A DNA stretch of 64,000 nt. Origin: Perna viridis (taxonomy: Eukaryota). The DNA is taken from NCBI GenBank assembly GCA_037379345.1, contig CM074511.1:54194862-54258861 (forward strand), read 5' to 3'. The notes beneath the pieces are model-generated. The model saw nothing but the letters and a program-made list of their open reading frames with translations, was not told the origin of the DNA and did no database searches. Position numbers and translations under genes: made by a program. Positions 24,301 to 40,300 of this stretch are shown here, one piece after another (the first letter of the stretch is position 1; each line of letters opens with the position of its first letter).

Positions 24301-27300
24301 TTAATGAGTTTAAACTTTCATCTTTAGTTTTGTTAAATGCTAATGAAAAAAAAAGAGTAATGAAATTGCACAGGACGAGAAACATCTTTCAGTTGATGGA
24401 GTGTTGCAACAAATTAATTGTTATTATTCTCTGAAAGACGACATCGTATAAGTGAAATACACTTACTTGTAAAATCCCGCACTGAATTTCATAAAATATA
24501 AACTTGTAATCCTAAAACAAATATTTAGAAAATGATTACAGGAGTAGATGCTTAGAACATGCTACTTGATTTAAAGAAAGACTAGCTAAAAATAAAAATG
24601 GTGGTACACAACATTAAGTATAACAATGGGAGATAGTTTTGCTTATGACACACGACTTAAATATGTTTGCAGACACTATCACTATATAAACTATGTTATA
24701 TTTACTATTCCTTTCAAAATTATCATACAAGTTATACAATGACTTTAAGTCAAATTTTATTGATTTTAGCTGTTTGCGCTAAAATAACAAGGTTTAGAAT
24801 GCATGTCATATTTTTATTAAACATTACATAAGTTCAAGTGGTATTGCACAACAATAGCTTTTTTCAATGTATCACGTAAAGAAATGTTCATCAAAATTAT
24901 CAGTGGACATTATTTTTAGAAACACCCGCCGAGCTGCTCATAAAAGTCATCTACAAGGTAGACGTAAGAGGAAAGGAATACTATGACACGTTAAACATAT
25001 CAGTTCTCATGGTGCAGATGGATACACCGTAGGGATCCACAAGTTGATGGTTAGATGACGACTAAAAAATTCTGTAGTGATGACTTTAATCTTGCAGCAA
25101 CATAACCCGGCTCCAGAAGCTAACTGTAAGAAGCCTAGAGCGGTACAAAAAAGTAAGCGTAGTTAGGGAAAGCTCTGCCATAACGTATGAGTTGTTGAAT
25201 GAAAACTCCATACGCTGAAGGGATGAAAAGATGAAATGGATAGGATGAAAGGAAAGTTGCCAAATCGGAATAAAAAGTCACGCGTTTGTCGCTTAGTTTT
25301 GTACAGATAATGACAGATCTCGCTACTCCATCGTTGCCGTATATAAGTTTTTCTATGACGGCTAGACGGCTAATGTCCAATGAATTCTACTCAATTCATC
25401 GAGAATTTGAACGACATAGCCAAAATGATTGTTCTATGTGTTTTTCTCACGGTATCTTTGCTGTTCCCAGGGTGATGTTAGGTACTCTCGTCTCCATCTG
25501 TTCCAGAAATGTTATATTAGTTTAGCTTAACATTTCGAAAGTTCATTGAGTCCTGCATGTGTATCGTCGGAAGTACCATTATCTTCTTTAGAGACTTGGA
25601 ATCATTTTTACTCAGTATGAAAAATATCTATCAAGAACTTCATTTTTATATCTAGGTGTACCGTCTTTTTTGGAGTAACAAAAATATATATTTTTGAGTC
25701 GGGATTTCAACTGAGTATGGGAAATAGAAATATAAAGAATTGAAAAATCATACGGTTTATTGCTATCATATTCTGATAATAATCTTAAATCTTAAATTGG
25801 GGGTTTCCTGAAGATCTTTCGTAATTTCCGGGATCCACATTGAATTAATACCACTACGCGAAAAACAAGTGTCATGGTAGGACTGTAGGCCCTCTTTGAC
25901 AGCTGTGAGTATAAAAGTTAAAAGTTTTGAAAGAGGTTTGTTTGTATATTTTGCAGATCCAGCTATGTAACGTTGTTTGCATGGCTTCTCGAGGAGTTTA
26001 GAAATCCAGGACATAGACGGTAGATCACAGACTGAGCACAGGGATTGCACAGATTTATGGTTTTCAACTACCTTTACTTTCGAGAGTGTGGTAGTAGTAT
26101 ATTACTGTAATTATTTTCTACGTCTACCGCTAATTATAAACATAGGATGGAATACGTTTTGCAGACAAAAACAATGCTGCTTTGGACTTTGTCTGCTGGT
26201 ACAACAACATATTTGTCATGAAAAGTCATATATACATCAGGGTCTTAGAAAACTGATGTGGCATGACACTCATACTTTTATACGTTTCAAAATTAAAGAC
26301 CTCACAGTCTTTGCCCTCTCTGACAGTGAATTAATATCTTCTTGTTCTCGTTTTGCGTTCTCCTCCACGGCATCCATAAAAACCTATTCATGGAGAGTGG
26401 TTCACAGTAAGACCTTTAGAAAGGACCTTAGGGTGAGAGTAGTTTTCGATGATGTTTAAATCTCCCATGATGACGTTACCGAAAGGTCCATATTTAAATG
26501 GGGAGTTTCGGCAAGAACGGGTAATTTAGCCTTGAAGTCATCAATATCGAGGTCCTACAATAGCCATTATGAATGAAAATTTTGAGTGCAATGAGTGAAG
26601 TAAAGGAATAAGAAATAATCGGCATTGGTTTGTCTTTGACACATGGAGGAATTTTGTTTGTAACGTTTCTGTTAGGGAGGATGTCAGCCAATTCGATTTG
26701 ATTCATACCTTTGTTGACAAACAGTAGTGGAAGAAATAACCGTTTTTCTTCATGTTGACCTTTAACGCAGACTGGTTTAAAGAGTCTGTGTCACAAATAT
26801 TCAAAAACATTGTCATTTTCGTAGCAGACAAAATATGATATACACTTGAAATTATAAAATCTATTTTTGTTTTTTTTTACAAAAGAAATCGTAATGGTAC
26901 TGTGATGAAATATGCCTTAAATTGTCTAGAATGACTGTCGTGCTAATCATAAGGCTGTAAAAACAAAATACAGCAATACAAAACAAAACAAAAAAATACA
27001 AACAAAGACAAACAAACAAAGATAAAACAAAACAAAACAAAAAAAAAACAAAAAAAAACTTTTCTGTGATATTTCTTGAAAAATCAATAAAAAGTACTAT
27101 ACTGCGACATAATTCTAAAATATAATGAAGATAAAAATGTAACTAAAAAGTAGTGTATTCAGGAGGAACCAATTTTTGCAATCAAAGTGTGTTGTATAAT
27201 TGTTTGCTCTACAAGACACCAAGTCAGACGAATACAAATAGATTCATTAGGCAGTTAACCTCCTCATCAGGCTGAAATCTTGATGCCAGAAAAATGAACA

Positions 27301-30300
27301 GATTGTATTACGTTGCCTTTGACAGCTCCTGAGAGACCTCATTAGATGATAATATTTATTTCAAAGGCAATTATCATCAATGCAGTCAACAGCAAACAAA
27401 ATTGATGTATCGAAATTCTACACTGTAATCTGAGTCAGTTAGAGCACATGAACATTCACCACAAGGTAAACGAAAGATACATGGTTGTTAATTGGTTTTG
27501 ATCTGGTATTTTGTAATGATTGGTTCTTTGAACGTGATATTTGTGCTTACTTTAGTCGAAACATTGCGATAAGATTAAGAAATAATCAAGACGGTCATAA
27601 AGATTTAATAACTGGAATATTTTGTTTGAATGCAAACCACACTGTAGCGATTAAATTCAATGAGACTTGTACACATTTTACGTCTGACTGTAAACAAACT
27701 AGTAGGAGGAATAATATCTGATCATAATACAAATAGCTTATGAGAAGTAAAGGTCAATTGTATTTTTTACATTTGCATGAATCCTCTTCCAATCGCAATA
27801 TCAAAGTTAGTTTCTTATTACAGCTAATACAAAAGTCCCGATTTAAATGATTACAAAAACATTTTGAAGCAATTACATTGTTTAATTGGGCTGACTGCAT
27901 CGTATTTTACTTGCTCGCCTGGGGGTTAACAATAATTATCTGAAAGAAAACTCAACAAGGAAGTTAACGAAATACAAAACGAAGTGACTTTTTCTTAGTT
28001 GTCACAATCTGTACTACTATTCTAAAATAATAGAGGGAGAGGCAAATTCATAATTAAAGCCTACCTAGGAAGAAAGGTTATTCCATCTAAAATTATCATA
28101 TATTTCAGTTCATACAATAAGTCATTAAATGGTTATACCTTTCCAATATGTCTGATATCTTTCAATCTTTAACAACATATACTCCATACCCAGAAGAATA
28201 ACAAACAAACGTGAGTTCAACAACTTTTGTGCGTGTCTGTGTTTGTTTTTAATAATTGCATTTCTATTAAACTAGTAATACAAAATACGAAATAAAAGAG
28301 ATAGTCGTTATTGACACCGATTCCATTTATTGTTGCTTTGGTTCAAATGCGCAAAAGAACTTTGCACTGTTTGACGTCTTGCAAGGAGACAACATAAAAC
28401 TACACATATTCCATTACGTGATAAAATTATCAACTACTCAAAAATCATCAATAATGCCAAGCGATACCTATTTTTATTTCCTGGGGTCTGTTGTTCAACT
28501 TGTCATGAATCTTAATTAGTAATTAAAATACCTTAGTCATTTGATTAAAATTAAAAATGTAATTAACTTGTTGTTCAACTTGTCATTAATTTTAATGAAT
28601 CATTAAAAATGCTAATCATGTTATTAAATTTAATTCACCTACTGGACCTGAATTAAAACTTTAATCACATAATTAAAACACCATTTACACAGTTTGTGAT
28701 AATGAATCAGGGGCAAAATCATGTTTTTAGTGGGACCCGGGTAAAGATTTATCTCCCATTGACCTTGAAACAATGTAAACAAAGTTTGAAAAGTTATAAG
28801 TTTTACTTTTAGTAAGTTAAAGTGAATATAATCTCAATAACATGTACTTAGCTACCATAATATGAAATACTATTGTCTTGAATGCAAGACTATTAAAAAG
28901 TGTAAGTTTTTACAAAACCATTCAGAGAAGAGTCTTGGTTCATTTTTAACTTTATTTAACTTTATAACTTGCTTTTGTAATAGAAAAATGTAATATTTAA
29001 AAACGATATCAATATTTAGTTATATTAAAGTAACAGGAAGTACCAGAATTTAATATTTTAAGTGCATTATGGGATGCACTTGCATTTTAATCGTGCAATT
29101 AAAATGTAATACAATGATTAACAAATGCAATGATTAAAGTAAGTTGAACAACAAAATTTAATCATTTGATTTACTAATCACTAAATTAAGTTTTAATAAC
29201 TCATTAAAATTAATTACACAATAATTTTAATAACAAGTTGAACAACAGACCCCAGGTCATCAAAAACCATGATGAAATAGGCTCTTATGGGAGTCTTAAG
29301 TTTCAAAGTGTCCGAAGATTGGGGGCAACGACATTACAAGATTTATACAAATAAAAATGGATTGGATGATTAAATAATTTGTCTGTTCAGAATGAAAATC
29401 CTATAAACAATCTGCGTATGATACATAGGTAAAGTATTTTTTCCTCATTGTTTTATATCACGAGAAAATTGTTTGAAACCATTTTTTTCCCAAAATTTAA
29501 TGTGTTTTAAATCATTATCATGCATTCATTTATTATACTTTCATATTTTTATGTTTGCTTACCTTCAGTTCTTGTATGACAGGTACCGGAAGTCGGTCAT
29601 GGGTTCCCAGGCAGTTTCCAAGACTAGCAAAAATAGGTTCTGCAGCAAAAGCCAAACTATTTCTGTAAAATAAAAAAAGAAGGCTTAACTAATCAAATTT
29701 TAAACTCATCTTATTTTTACCTTAATTGTACTATAGTGCAAATGCAACTACAATGATATTTTCCTATTGTCAACTCTCCTTTCCTATGCAGGAACACTGC
29801 ACCGATTTTCTAAAACTAAGAGTTAAGGTTGTTTTGCTCACACATTTATGCCGTAACCCAAAATATATATACTCTTGTCTACAAGTAGCCGATATTGAGT
29901 AAGGTATACTTCATCTTTCTTTAAAGATTACCTTGTGCTGCTAACAAGGTGTAATTCTTCACAGCCATGATAAGACATTCGAAAGACAAGAGAAAAAGAT
30001 CAATTACAATAAACGGAAAATTATAAACATTAAAGTAATAATTTTTCATCTTTCCTTGATGATCTTCCATATATAACTTATATACCATAATGGTATCTAA
30101 GCTGAAGTTAAGATAGTAGGTACACTCAAAATTTTCCTATGATCATTATACCTAATATTACACAAACTGTAGTACATCTTTTGACAATTTCTTCAGAAAA
30201 TTCACCGTGTAGATTATGAACAATAGGGACTAAAAGAATGCTGTTTGCAAAAATCTGAAGCATTGGCAAAATTGAGCCATATCTGGCATGGAGGGTCATT

Positions 30301-33300
30301 TTTACAAAATATTAAATAAACAAAGATTTATGATAAAGATTTATGAATCGCTTTAATAATAGTTTTAGAAGAATAACTGGACTTTTATTTCTGAAACTGA
30401 CAAAAAATGGGAAAATGTTTAGCTATTTGCCTATATAAAACCTCTTATATTTAAGAATAAATAAATAAATAAATAAATGACAAAAAAACCCATATAATTC
30501 AATTCTGCACACAAATAATATTTTATGGACTATTCATATAGAAGACTGTAGAAGTTTATAGAAATTTTAGTGTGTAGTTTTTTAAACTGAATCATCTTGA
30601 GAAAATATATTAAATACTTCTGTTTCAGTCAAATTTAAATGCCTAAAACCATGTAATTAATCAATGAGGTAACCAAACTTTGAATTATAATGACTTATAT
30701 TGAATAAAGAGAATTGCTGAGCACATCATTGTACAGCTTATGGTGCAAAATAATGTCAAATGTTTAATTTGTGCATGAACGGACAGATTTATACGATGGA
30801 CAAAGTTATATACTGGATAGAGTCGAATCCTGAACAAAGCTAGAGCCAACATAAAAGAAAGCGTGAAATCTCATTAGAAAGTATAAAACAGTGTCTTTTC
30901 TTAACTCTTAATGGTTTAGGAGTTTTAAAACTCACAAGTTTTTGGTTAGATTTACTGTCTCTTGGCAAAGAACATTTCAATATGAAAGAAAATGTAGTAT
31001 GCAATAGAAGGCGTCATTTTACACATGTTCCCACCTAGTGCAATATATTTCTCAATGTTCCCATTTTAAACCCTTAATCTGTACTTTACTTTCCTAGTTC
31101 ATATAAAGCAAAGTTGCTGGAGGCTGACATTTTTGTTCTAGAACCACTAATTTTGAGTTATTTCACTTTTACATCAGTATTAATTTGAAGCCTTGATATA
31201 AGGGATCATTTAAACGTTTTTCATGACTTAAAACTTTTTAATTAGGAGTACCTCCCTAACCCCAGGTCTACTACATTTAATGATGATATATTTCGTTATT
31301 CTAAAAGTTTACACAATTTGGTATGTTCAATATTTGAACAATTCGGCCCTAAAAATGAAATAAACCAAATCTGTATGATTTGCATAATATTTAGTTTAAT
31401 GAGTGCTTACTTTACCTACAAAACCTTTAAAATATGTCATAACATTTTTGGACACAAGAATAATTGGGTTGACAAATTTTGATTGCCACTGGAAATAAGG
31501 CGAGATTGGTAGGGTCGGGCAATTTAGCTTCCTGTTGCAAAGACTTCTTCTCCGATTGAATACCCCAGCAGGGTTCTTTAACGTACGAGGAATGTACGAT
31601 GGGTTCCAAAAGTTTTATGGTCGTCATCATGAACTCGTGGGTCGTAATGGTGTATCCATCTGCGCCATGAAAACTGATTTGTTCAACGTGTCATAGTTTT
31701 CTTTTCCTCTTTCGTCTACCCCAGACTAGACTTTTTATGAACAACTCGGCGGATGTTTCTAGACCGGTGCATCTGGTCCATACTCACATGTTATAGTGGA
31801 GTCCGAGTTGCTCATTTGCTTTTGTTACTTTGTATGTATGATTTTAGTTACTTGATGTTCTTTGATGTGTATGTCTGTTTTCCGTGTCTGATCTTTGTCC
31901 TTGGATTACATTCTTTTGATTACCGCTATAACCTTGGTTCCCTTGGTTACTCCCAACATGTTGCACCACTATGGTTTGTGGTCAGGGTTTCCGTATCATG
32001 GCATGACGACCTCAGCATTTAGCATGCCTGGGTTACCACTTTCAACTCAACAACCTTAGGCACGCAACCCAGGTTGCTCTGTGGGTTTTAAGCCCTATTT
32101 AGTCGCCTTCTACGACAAGCTTAGCGCTGCAGCGGTCCTATTCATTTGACACCTGGACCCCCATGGGGCAGAAATTAATCAAAGTTGGAAAAAGACGATA
32201 CGTGACGTCATTTTGATACGTAAATGTACTAGCTGGTAAATCGTTTTTAGTCAACTATTATTATGTTAACAAGGCCTTTAAATAACAGAGCCGGTAGCTG
32301 CCATAAACAATTAGATTCCTTTTGAAGGCAAATTATAAGACTAAATATGGATGTAAATATAATGTTCAATAGTGTATTTCCTATGCAAAGTAATAAAGTA
32401 TTTTTTGTCCTTAAAAACTTTTTCACAAGGTAAATTTATCCCAGTCTAATACTAATGGAGTATATAGTACCTCACTTTATCGACAGATTTCCAGAAATAA
32501 AGCAGTCTTTGTTAAAGAAACTAATGCCATCGATAATTATTAAATTATGGCTCCTCGAGAGAAGACTTATTGTAGTATTTCGATCATCCACCAACCACGA
32601 TTGTGAAGTATTCAGCTGTAACATAAGTGCTTTTTAGGACAAGACATATTTGAAAATCAATGAAGTTATAACTAAGTGTGTGTTTTTTTTCATTGGAATA
32701 GGCAGGTGGTTTTTCGATCAGTATTTGATATCCCTTAAGTTGGATTGAAAAATCCTCTCTGCAGTTTATCAATTATGCCAATTTCAATTATAAAAATGGA
32801 ACAAATCTGAATTTAGAAAACCTGGTTTATTTGATCGAGGAAATCGTTTCTAAACGCTTCGTCTCGTGCTAAAATGTAAGAGAAAAGTAAAGTTAAATTC
32901 CCAAATTAATTAAAACTAATTTCTCTCTTAATACTCTCATACTATTAAGGTTGAATAATCGTATAAAAAATCGTGATGACTTTCTCTCTTTAGAGACTGA
33001 TATATTTTTCTAGTAATGTATCCTACAGAATATTTAAAACAAATCTCATTTCTATCTTTACCAGGAAATTGCACTAAATGACAACTGAAAGTGTTCTGAT
33101 ATTATTCGCACGAACTTAGTATCATATTACTCTCGAAGCTTATCAGGATAAATCTGAAAGTTTATTAGGGATTCATCTGTGGAAATATTATTGAAATCGG
33201 CTTTAATATAAAAAAAGCTCATCCGATTCATATTACTGCAAGTCCATTGCAGATGACCAAACCTCTAAATTATTTTTTCATATTCAAACTTCGAAATTCA

Positions 33301-34276
33301 ACTCAAATACTGAATTGTAATAGAACCTTGTGATAGAAAATCTAAATAGAACAATATCCGAATGTTATTGCTAGCTTCTCCTCGTTTCCTATTATCATCA
33401 GAATACTTTTACTACTTTAAAGCCACATCCTACCATTTAGATCTACCAATATCATATTTTGATATTTTGTCGATATACAGAAAAAAATAGTTTCATGTAA
33501 TAAAAAAACTTCTTATTGAAGTTACCTGGAGTGATATTGCTTTAACTATAGACTATTTTTATTGTTCTAAATACAGTATATAAATGAAGTTATATATGAA
33601 GCAAAATGATAAGATCAAGGAAACTAGTGTAATGATATCGGTAATAACACATCTAACATCGACAACCCTTGTAACAGAAATTAACTATGATCAAATCGTA
33701 ATTTTACTAAAGGAATTGGGTAATCACAGAAAATAATTTTAGAAATATAGAATAACATGTAACTTCCTCATTAAATAAATTACTTAACACAACCACTGGT
33801 CTTTATGGGGCCACAGTTAAATCCCCAATTACAGTCATTGTCTAGACAGAAATTATACTAATATATCTAAATAAAACTTTGAACTTAGAAATTCCAATAT
33901 TGATAATCAATTATATAAGTTAAGGTGGAAAAGTGCATTCCGAAATAAACCCATAGGCTTTTATGACACGTCGTTAAAATTTGAAGTAAAGTTTGTTCAA
34001 AAGCTGGCTATATTCATAGGCCACTTGTTTATGCGTTCATTGTTATCCAAAATACTACATGAATTTGTTTCTATGTTTCATTTAGCTTGTAATATTGGAC
34101 CCACTTTCTACTGTCTTCATCATACATTGATTAAAATGGAACTCAAAGAACAGTTTTGTTCTATAAGTTATCACTTTGTGTTGTTAAGTGATTTCTATAT
34201 TGTTAAGACATTGCTTTGCAATAGCATTTCAAGGAAGTAATCTATTTTGAATTGTACGTTTAAAGGTTTTGTCAAC

Positions 34277-34325
<49 letters not shown>

Positions 34326-37300
34326 CGAGGTATTTAAGGAGGTATACCAAGGGTAAGGGAGATAAATCTTGAAATCAGTGATAATATGTTTGTATCATAT
34401 TCAATTTTACCAAAGCCTTTCAAGCTTTCATTTGAAACAGAATGAAATAAATCCAAGTTACTATCATGTTTACATGAGATTGATGTAAAATACTGATGCA
34501 AACGTTCCGTTGATTTGTAAAAAAGTTGTTTCCCTTACCTTAAGTCTATCTCCTTAAGATTTAAATTACAAGAGGTTATTACTAGTATTTGATTGGATAC
34601 TACCATCTTCTTCAACGTTGCATATCTGTTTCGTCTATTACTGAAGATTCTATTACATTTCTCTGCCGTTAGGGAAATTATAGTTAAACATTAGAACTAG
34701 GTAGTTCTACTAGAAGATTTAAAATTACAATGAACACGGATATCAATTCTTACTTTTATCATATGCTAAAATGATTTGTTTGAAACATTGAGCTAGTTTG
34801 ATTTCACTGTGATTGAATTGTAACATAGATATGACAAACATCATTCTTATGCATCTTTCATTATTTAACTATAATCTCTTGATCTCCGAGTTCTAAAGGT
34901 AATAAAGAAAGATGTGTATGATAGATGAAAAAGCATAATTTAGAGTCTTACATTTTAGCTATATGAATTTTTGATTGACAGTTTAATAATAGAATGGTAA
35001 AACGGGTCAATTATAGTATTCATAAGTAACTAGTTCCTACAAATTCTCAGTAAATGTTATGGATTTGTTAAGGTATCGAAGCAAAATGTAGATATGTCAA
35101 ATGCTACATATGAACATTCTAAATACCCGCACTCTTCTAATGGATGGATGACGTTTAGAATTCTTGGATGTTTCAATCTTTCTAAATGTTGAACCTCCTT
35201 CCGTAGTAGTTCACATACAGTTTCCTTTCTTCTTGGTTTGTGAAGTTTATCTGCTATTTTCTTTTCGAAAACAAATACAGAGGCTTCCTACAACGATAAA
35301 ACTACAAATTAAATAATTTATCAGAGTTTTTTTGTGTGTGTGGTTTTTTTTCAAGATAAATAATGTTTTCTTCTTTCAAACAAATGTAATATAATTTGAT
35401 TTCATTAAATTTTAAATCTAATTTCTGTGCACATTGATTTTCTATTAAACTTGTAAATATGAATGTGAACCTAATTTCTTATATTTACTTTTCGATGTTT
35501 TTAATCAACGTAGGCTTGTTTATATAATAAATCCTGTCTTAATGAACAGTTATTGATCTGTGCTAGTGAACCTGAGGTCCCCGAGGATATTCACCAACCC
35601 AGTAATCATACTTGTCTAACCCCCGACTTATATCATACTTTATTTATCATATTTATTAAAATTTGCAGTATTACATATTTCAAAGTACCTAAAACTTCCT
35701 TGTATTGCACAAGTTAGAACCTCTCGTTAATGGCTTTTGTTTCCTATTTTGAAAGTTTTAGTTTTAAGTACTTCTTTTGCACAATTAATGTAACGCGTGT
35801 ACAGCATATCGAAATTTGCAATATATATGATATTAATTTTTTTTTATATTTCTGACCAATCACAATAAAACAAAGTATAAAGATATAAGCATAGACATAT
35901 TGTGATTCTTAGTAAACTTTAAATAAAAAAATCAAAACTAAAAATCACAATGTGTAATCCTTTTACCGCCTTCATATACACGATTTTTGTACGAATCCTT
36001 ACGAATAATCAATTCGTATTTAGTCGTTAGCATCCGTAATTATCTCTTAACAACCGTGGACATTCGCAGACATTCGTATCGATTTACGGAGGAGGATATT
36101 TTTTCATGTCAAAATGTTGAATATGAATTTTTATTGAATATTTTATTCGAAAAGAGCTCACAAACCAATATTAACCATTCGTACAGCATCTTTAACCGAT
36201 CACAAGAAGTTGTAATACATTCGCAAGAAATGTTTGATCTGATATTTTATACTATTGTTTTAGAGTTCTTGTGAGTAGATAACGATAAATTTACGATTAG
36301 CGGATATGAATATATACGAAGAAGGTTAGCTGTTGTGCAATTTGAAAAAGAAGTCAAAAGATTTTTTGTTATAATATTAACTTATTTCTCTCATGAAACA
36401 CGTCAAATGTCCATGAATGTTAAATTGAAGAATTCATGAGGTTGTATGGGTAAAATTTATATGAATAAATGCAAAACTATTGAAAAATAATTACCGTTTG
36501 TAAACTAAACAGCAAATAGTAGTCAAAAATCGTTAGGTTATCGTAACTCATTCAGTAATTAAAGTCTGTTTGAGTCTTACAAATCTTAGACAAAAAATAT
36601 GAAATCATTTTTCAAAATTATTCATTTTTTCAACTTTATTTAGTTTTCTATAGAGCAAAGAACTCTGATCAATATTTTCAGAATTTTATCTCATCAGACC
36701 TAAGAAATTTCCATTAGGCTTAATGCAATCTTAATTTTAAATATTTAAATATAATTTTGTCTATTTAAATGTTGGAACAGCTATTTGAATATTTGATGTA
36801 AATATAAACAAAAACCAGGCTCAGGCTACGTAATAAAACTAGGCTACTTCAAGTAATTTGAATATCTATAGGTGTCAATACAGGATTAGAAAGGATGTTT
36901 TGTGATGTTCAGTTGACATCTTTGGATAGTCAATAAGTTGATGCAACATGACTTAGTTATTGACATGAATATTCAAATAGCTCTTACAATACTAAGGCAT
37001 ACAAAAAATCATAGAAATATATAAAATCAAAATTACATTAAACCTAATATGAAAAGTTGTTGTTTATTGGGATAAACTCCTGAAAATATTTCCCAGAGTT
37101 CTTATGTACTATAGAAATGGATCTGCAGAAGAAAAGTTAGAATATTTTGAAAAATAAATTGATATGAATTTTTTTTCTGAGAATTTATAAAACTCAAACA
37201 GACTATATCCCTTATAGCTTGAACCAAATCGTAACAATGCGCATTGTACTCGCAATTATTCTTAACATTATTATAAGCATTCGTAAACTGCTCGTATTTA

Positions 37301-40300
37301 ACCGTAATGAATCATGGACAGTTATCGTAAACGCATCGTATTCATTCTTGGTAAGTCGTAAATCGATTGTTCACACTTATAAATAATCGTTAAGCACTCG
37401 CTAATTACTCGTAAAAGTGGCTTCTTAGCAAGGATTCGTGTATATTTTTATGTGTGCTGGGTATAAAAAATACTATAAGATGCGTATGCAATCCGGAAGT
37501 GACAGTAAATTGATCGGTGGCCATTGTGAGTGCTGGATGAGTTTACCTATGAATGTCGAACTGTACCGACGTGTTTCTGACTGTTCAGCTACCTGCAAGT
37601 CCCATTCATATGAAATTCATTCTTCATATTAGTTTTGCATTAGTTTTTGTCTTATCTGGTTATTGGTTTTGTATTGTTTACGTTTTCTGTACAGATACTT
37701 GCTTTCATACGATTATGTGATTTATTTTGGGTTTTTTTTCTGTCGAGCAAGCGGCGACCGTATTTGTTTTATTTGTATATGTTTTTCTTGCATGGTTTGT
37801 ACAATCATTTTTGTTCCTTTTCCCATTATTAAGTACTTTCCTATTAATCCCTTCTTTAGAAACAGAAAGAGTAATCAAGGGAACCAAGGTTATAGCGGTA
37901 ATCAAAAGAATGTAATCCAGGGACAAAGACACGACATGGAAAACAGACATACACAACAAAGAACATAAAGTAACTAAAATCATACATTCAAAGTAACAAA
38001 AGCAAATGAGCAACTCGGACTCCACTAAAAACGGGGAGCATGGACCAGGTGCACTTGTAGGGTAAGCGTCCTCTGCTTTTCTAGAAACACCCGCCTAGTT
38101 GCTCATAAAAAATTAAGTCCGGGGTAGAAATTGCGAATATGGTATTTATCAGATCACTTAAAAACGTAATTATACTGAAACACATGAACTTTTTTCTGGG
38201 CGGTAATCTACAATTGTATAAAAAGCACCATAGCTTTGTAAATTATTCAGATCTTATTGACAATCTCTCTTACAATTTTATTACATCATTCTCATACATT
38301 TGTTGGCGTCCATATAACCTCATCAAATTCAATAAGTATCAATAAATAAATTACGAAATTACGTTGCACTTGTAACAAAATGCATCGCAAGGAAATCAAA
38401 CATTTTCATCATATCATGAAATGAATTTTAAACTTTATAAAAAAGGGAAGATTGACATGATATAACTGATTGTCATTCATACCTAATAGTTCTATGTATA
38501 AATCATTGGCAGCGTGATTTCCCTTAACGAGGGGTGTATTACCACATCTCTAAGGTACCGAAACATGATCAATATTACATTTAGACCTATTTACTGCGAT
38601 AACAACGCGGCTAATTTCAAAGTCTATTCGGTATCAAGTCTTTTCCCTTGAAACACTATTTGCTAATGGAAAAGAAATTAAACCTAGAAAATCACATCCT
38701 AAATCTAATATACTTTGCCTGTTTTGGTTACTTGTAACAGAATATTAAGTGCTTTCATATCCCACTTTGATATTTATACAGTACCAAACCAGAATAGAGT
38801 TGTAAGAGGCATCTTTGCGACATCATGGCGCGATCATAATCTATTTTAATACTTCCATAAACGGTAAAATAATTATACGAAATGTGACAAAACAATTAAG
38901 CATCGTGTCTAATTCTGAAAGTTAAGAAGAGATTTATTTATAAAATTTCATTAATAAGCCGTTTCAATGGCTTCATTTGCATCACTGCTTAATCGTGACA
39001 ATATTTTTTCGATAGATCTCATTCGACTAAATATGATATATTTATTATGATTATGAACTCTAAGCAACTTGAAATATGAATAATGAATAAGTGAACAATA
39101 GCCACATTTAAAAGATAAAAGGAACCACATACAAACAAGTTATAAATGAAACGTAAAATAAAATATAGAATATGGGCCCAAATATTCGGCCTTATGACCT
39201 TAGTAAGAGATCGAAAAAAAAAGGATTGAGGAGAAAACTGACAATTGCCGACCCATATCACGGAGACAAGGTGCCCTTCAAAATTAATCTTGATCATTGT
39301 GAAGATGCGTCAAGTTCAAGATGAAAAATTATGAAATGGTATGTGAGCTAACGAAAAGCAATTGAAACCGGGATATGGTGACTAAATAATGCAGGTTTTG
39401 TCATTCATTCCAAAGTGGCGGGAAGTGTTTATCGCCTGAACAATTTTCCAAAAGGACAGTTACTTTCATGTCGTCAACGATGTGGTGTGTCTCCCGAAAA
39501 TGTTAACTTTCATTCGTATGTGAAAACTGAATATCCTGATTTTCAACTTTAAATCCACAGTTCTTAGAGACATATATACGTCGTCAGTATTCAACGATTT
39601 GCTTCCATTTACTGCCTATAAAAATGAAGGAGTAAAAGCGAACCTTGTGACAAGTTCTATCAAGTGTGCCACTAGATGCCCCCTGCAAATTACAAAGGCA
39701 CACGGCACTGTAAGCAACCATGATGTTCGACACGTTCTTTTACTTGGGAAACTGACGAGGTCGTCAGGACAGCCAATGTCTTTAAGTTAAACGATGGTTT
39801 CATTTGTACCTCAGAAAACGTCGTTTATGCTGTGGTTTCCAAACGCTGTAAAATGGTTAACATGAGCTAGACCCATCGGAGGTTGGGTGATCGTTTTATA
39901 GACAACAAACAAAACGTCACCAATGGAAAGGATTATCCAGTCGGTGAATATTTTCGGATGGCAAACCACAGCTTTGACGACATGAAAGTAATGTTCTTTT
40001 GGAAATATGTTCAGGCGAAAAACAACGAATGTTCCTAGAATAGTGCATCATCAGCTTTCTTGGGAGAATTGCTTTCCGTCAGCTCACATATAATTTTATA
40101 ATTTTTCGTCTTGAACTTCACGCAACTATACAATGGTCAAGATCAATTTTAAAAGGAACCTTGTCTATGTGGTATGGGACGGCAATTGTCAGTTTTCTCC
40201 TCAATCATTTTTTTTGTCTCTGACTAAGTCCAAAAGGCCGAACATTTGGGCCCATATTCTTTATTTTTTAACGTTTTATTTATAATTTGTTTGTGTGTGG

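Noticed and set aside
25977-26459. 160-aa plus-strand ORF (and similar ORFs at 17108, 17693, 17847)
   Set aside because: Antisense shadows of the minus-strand Naiad RT remnants.
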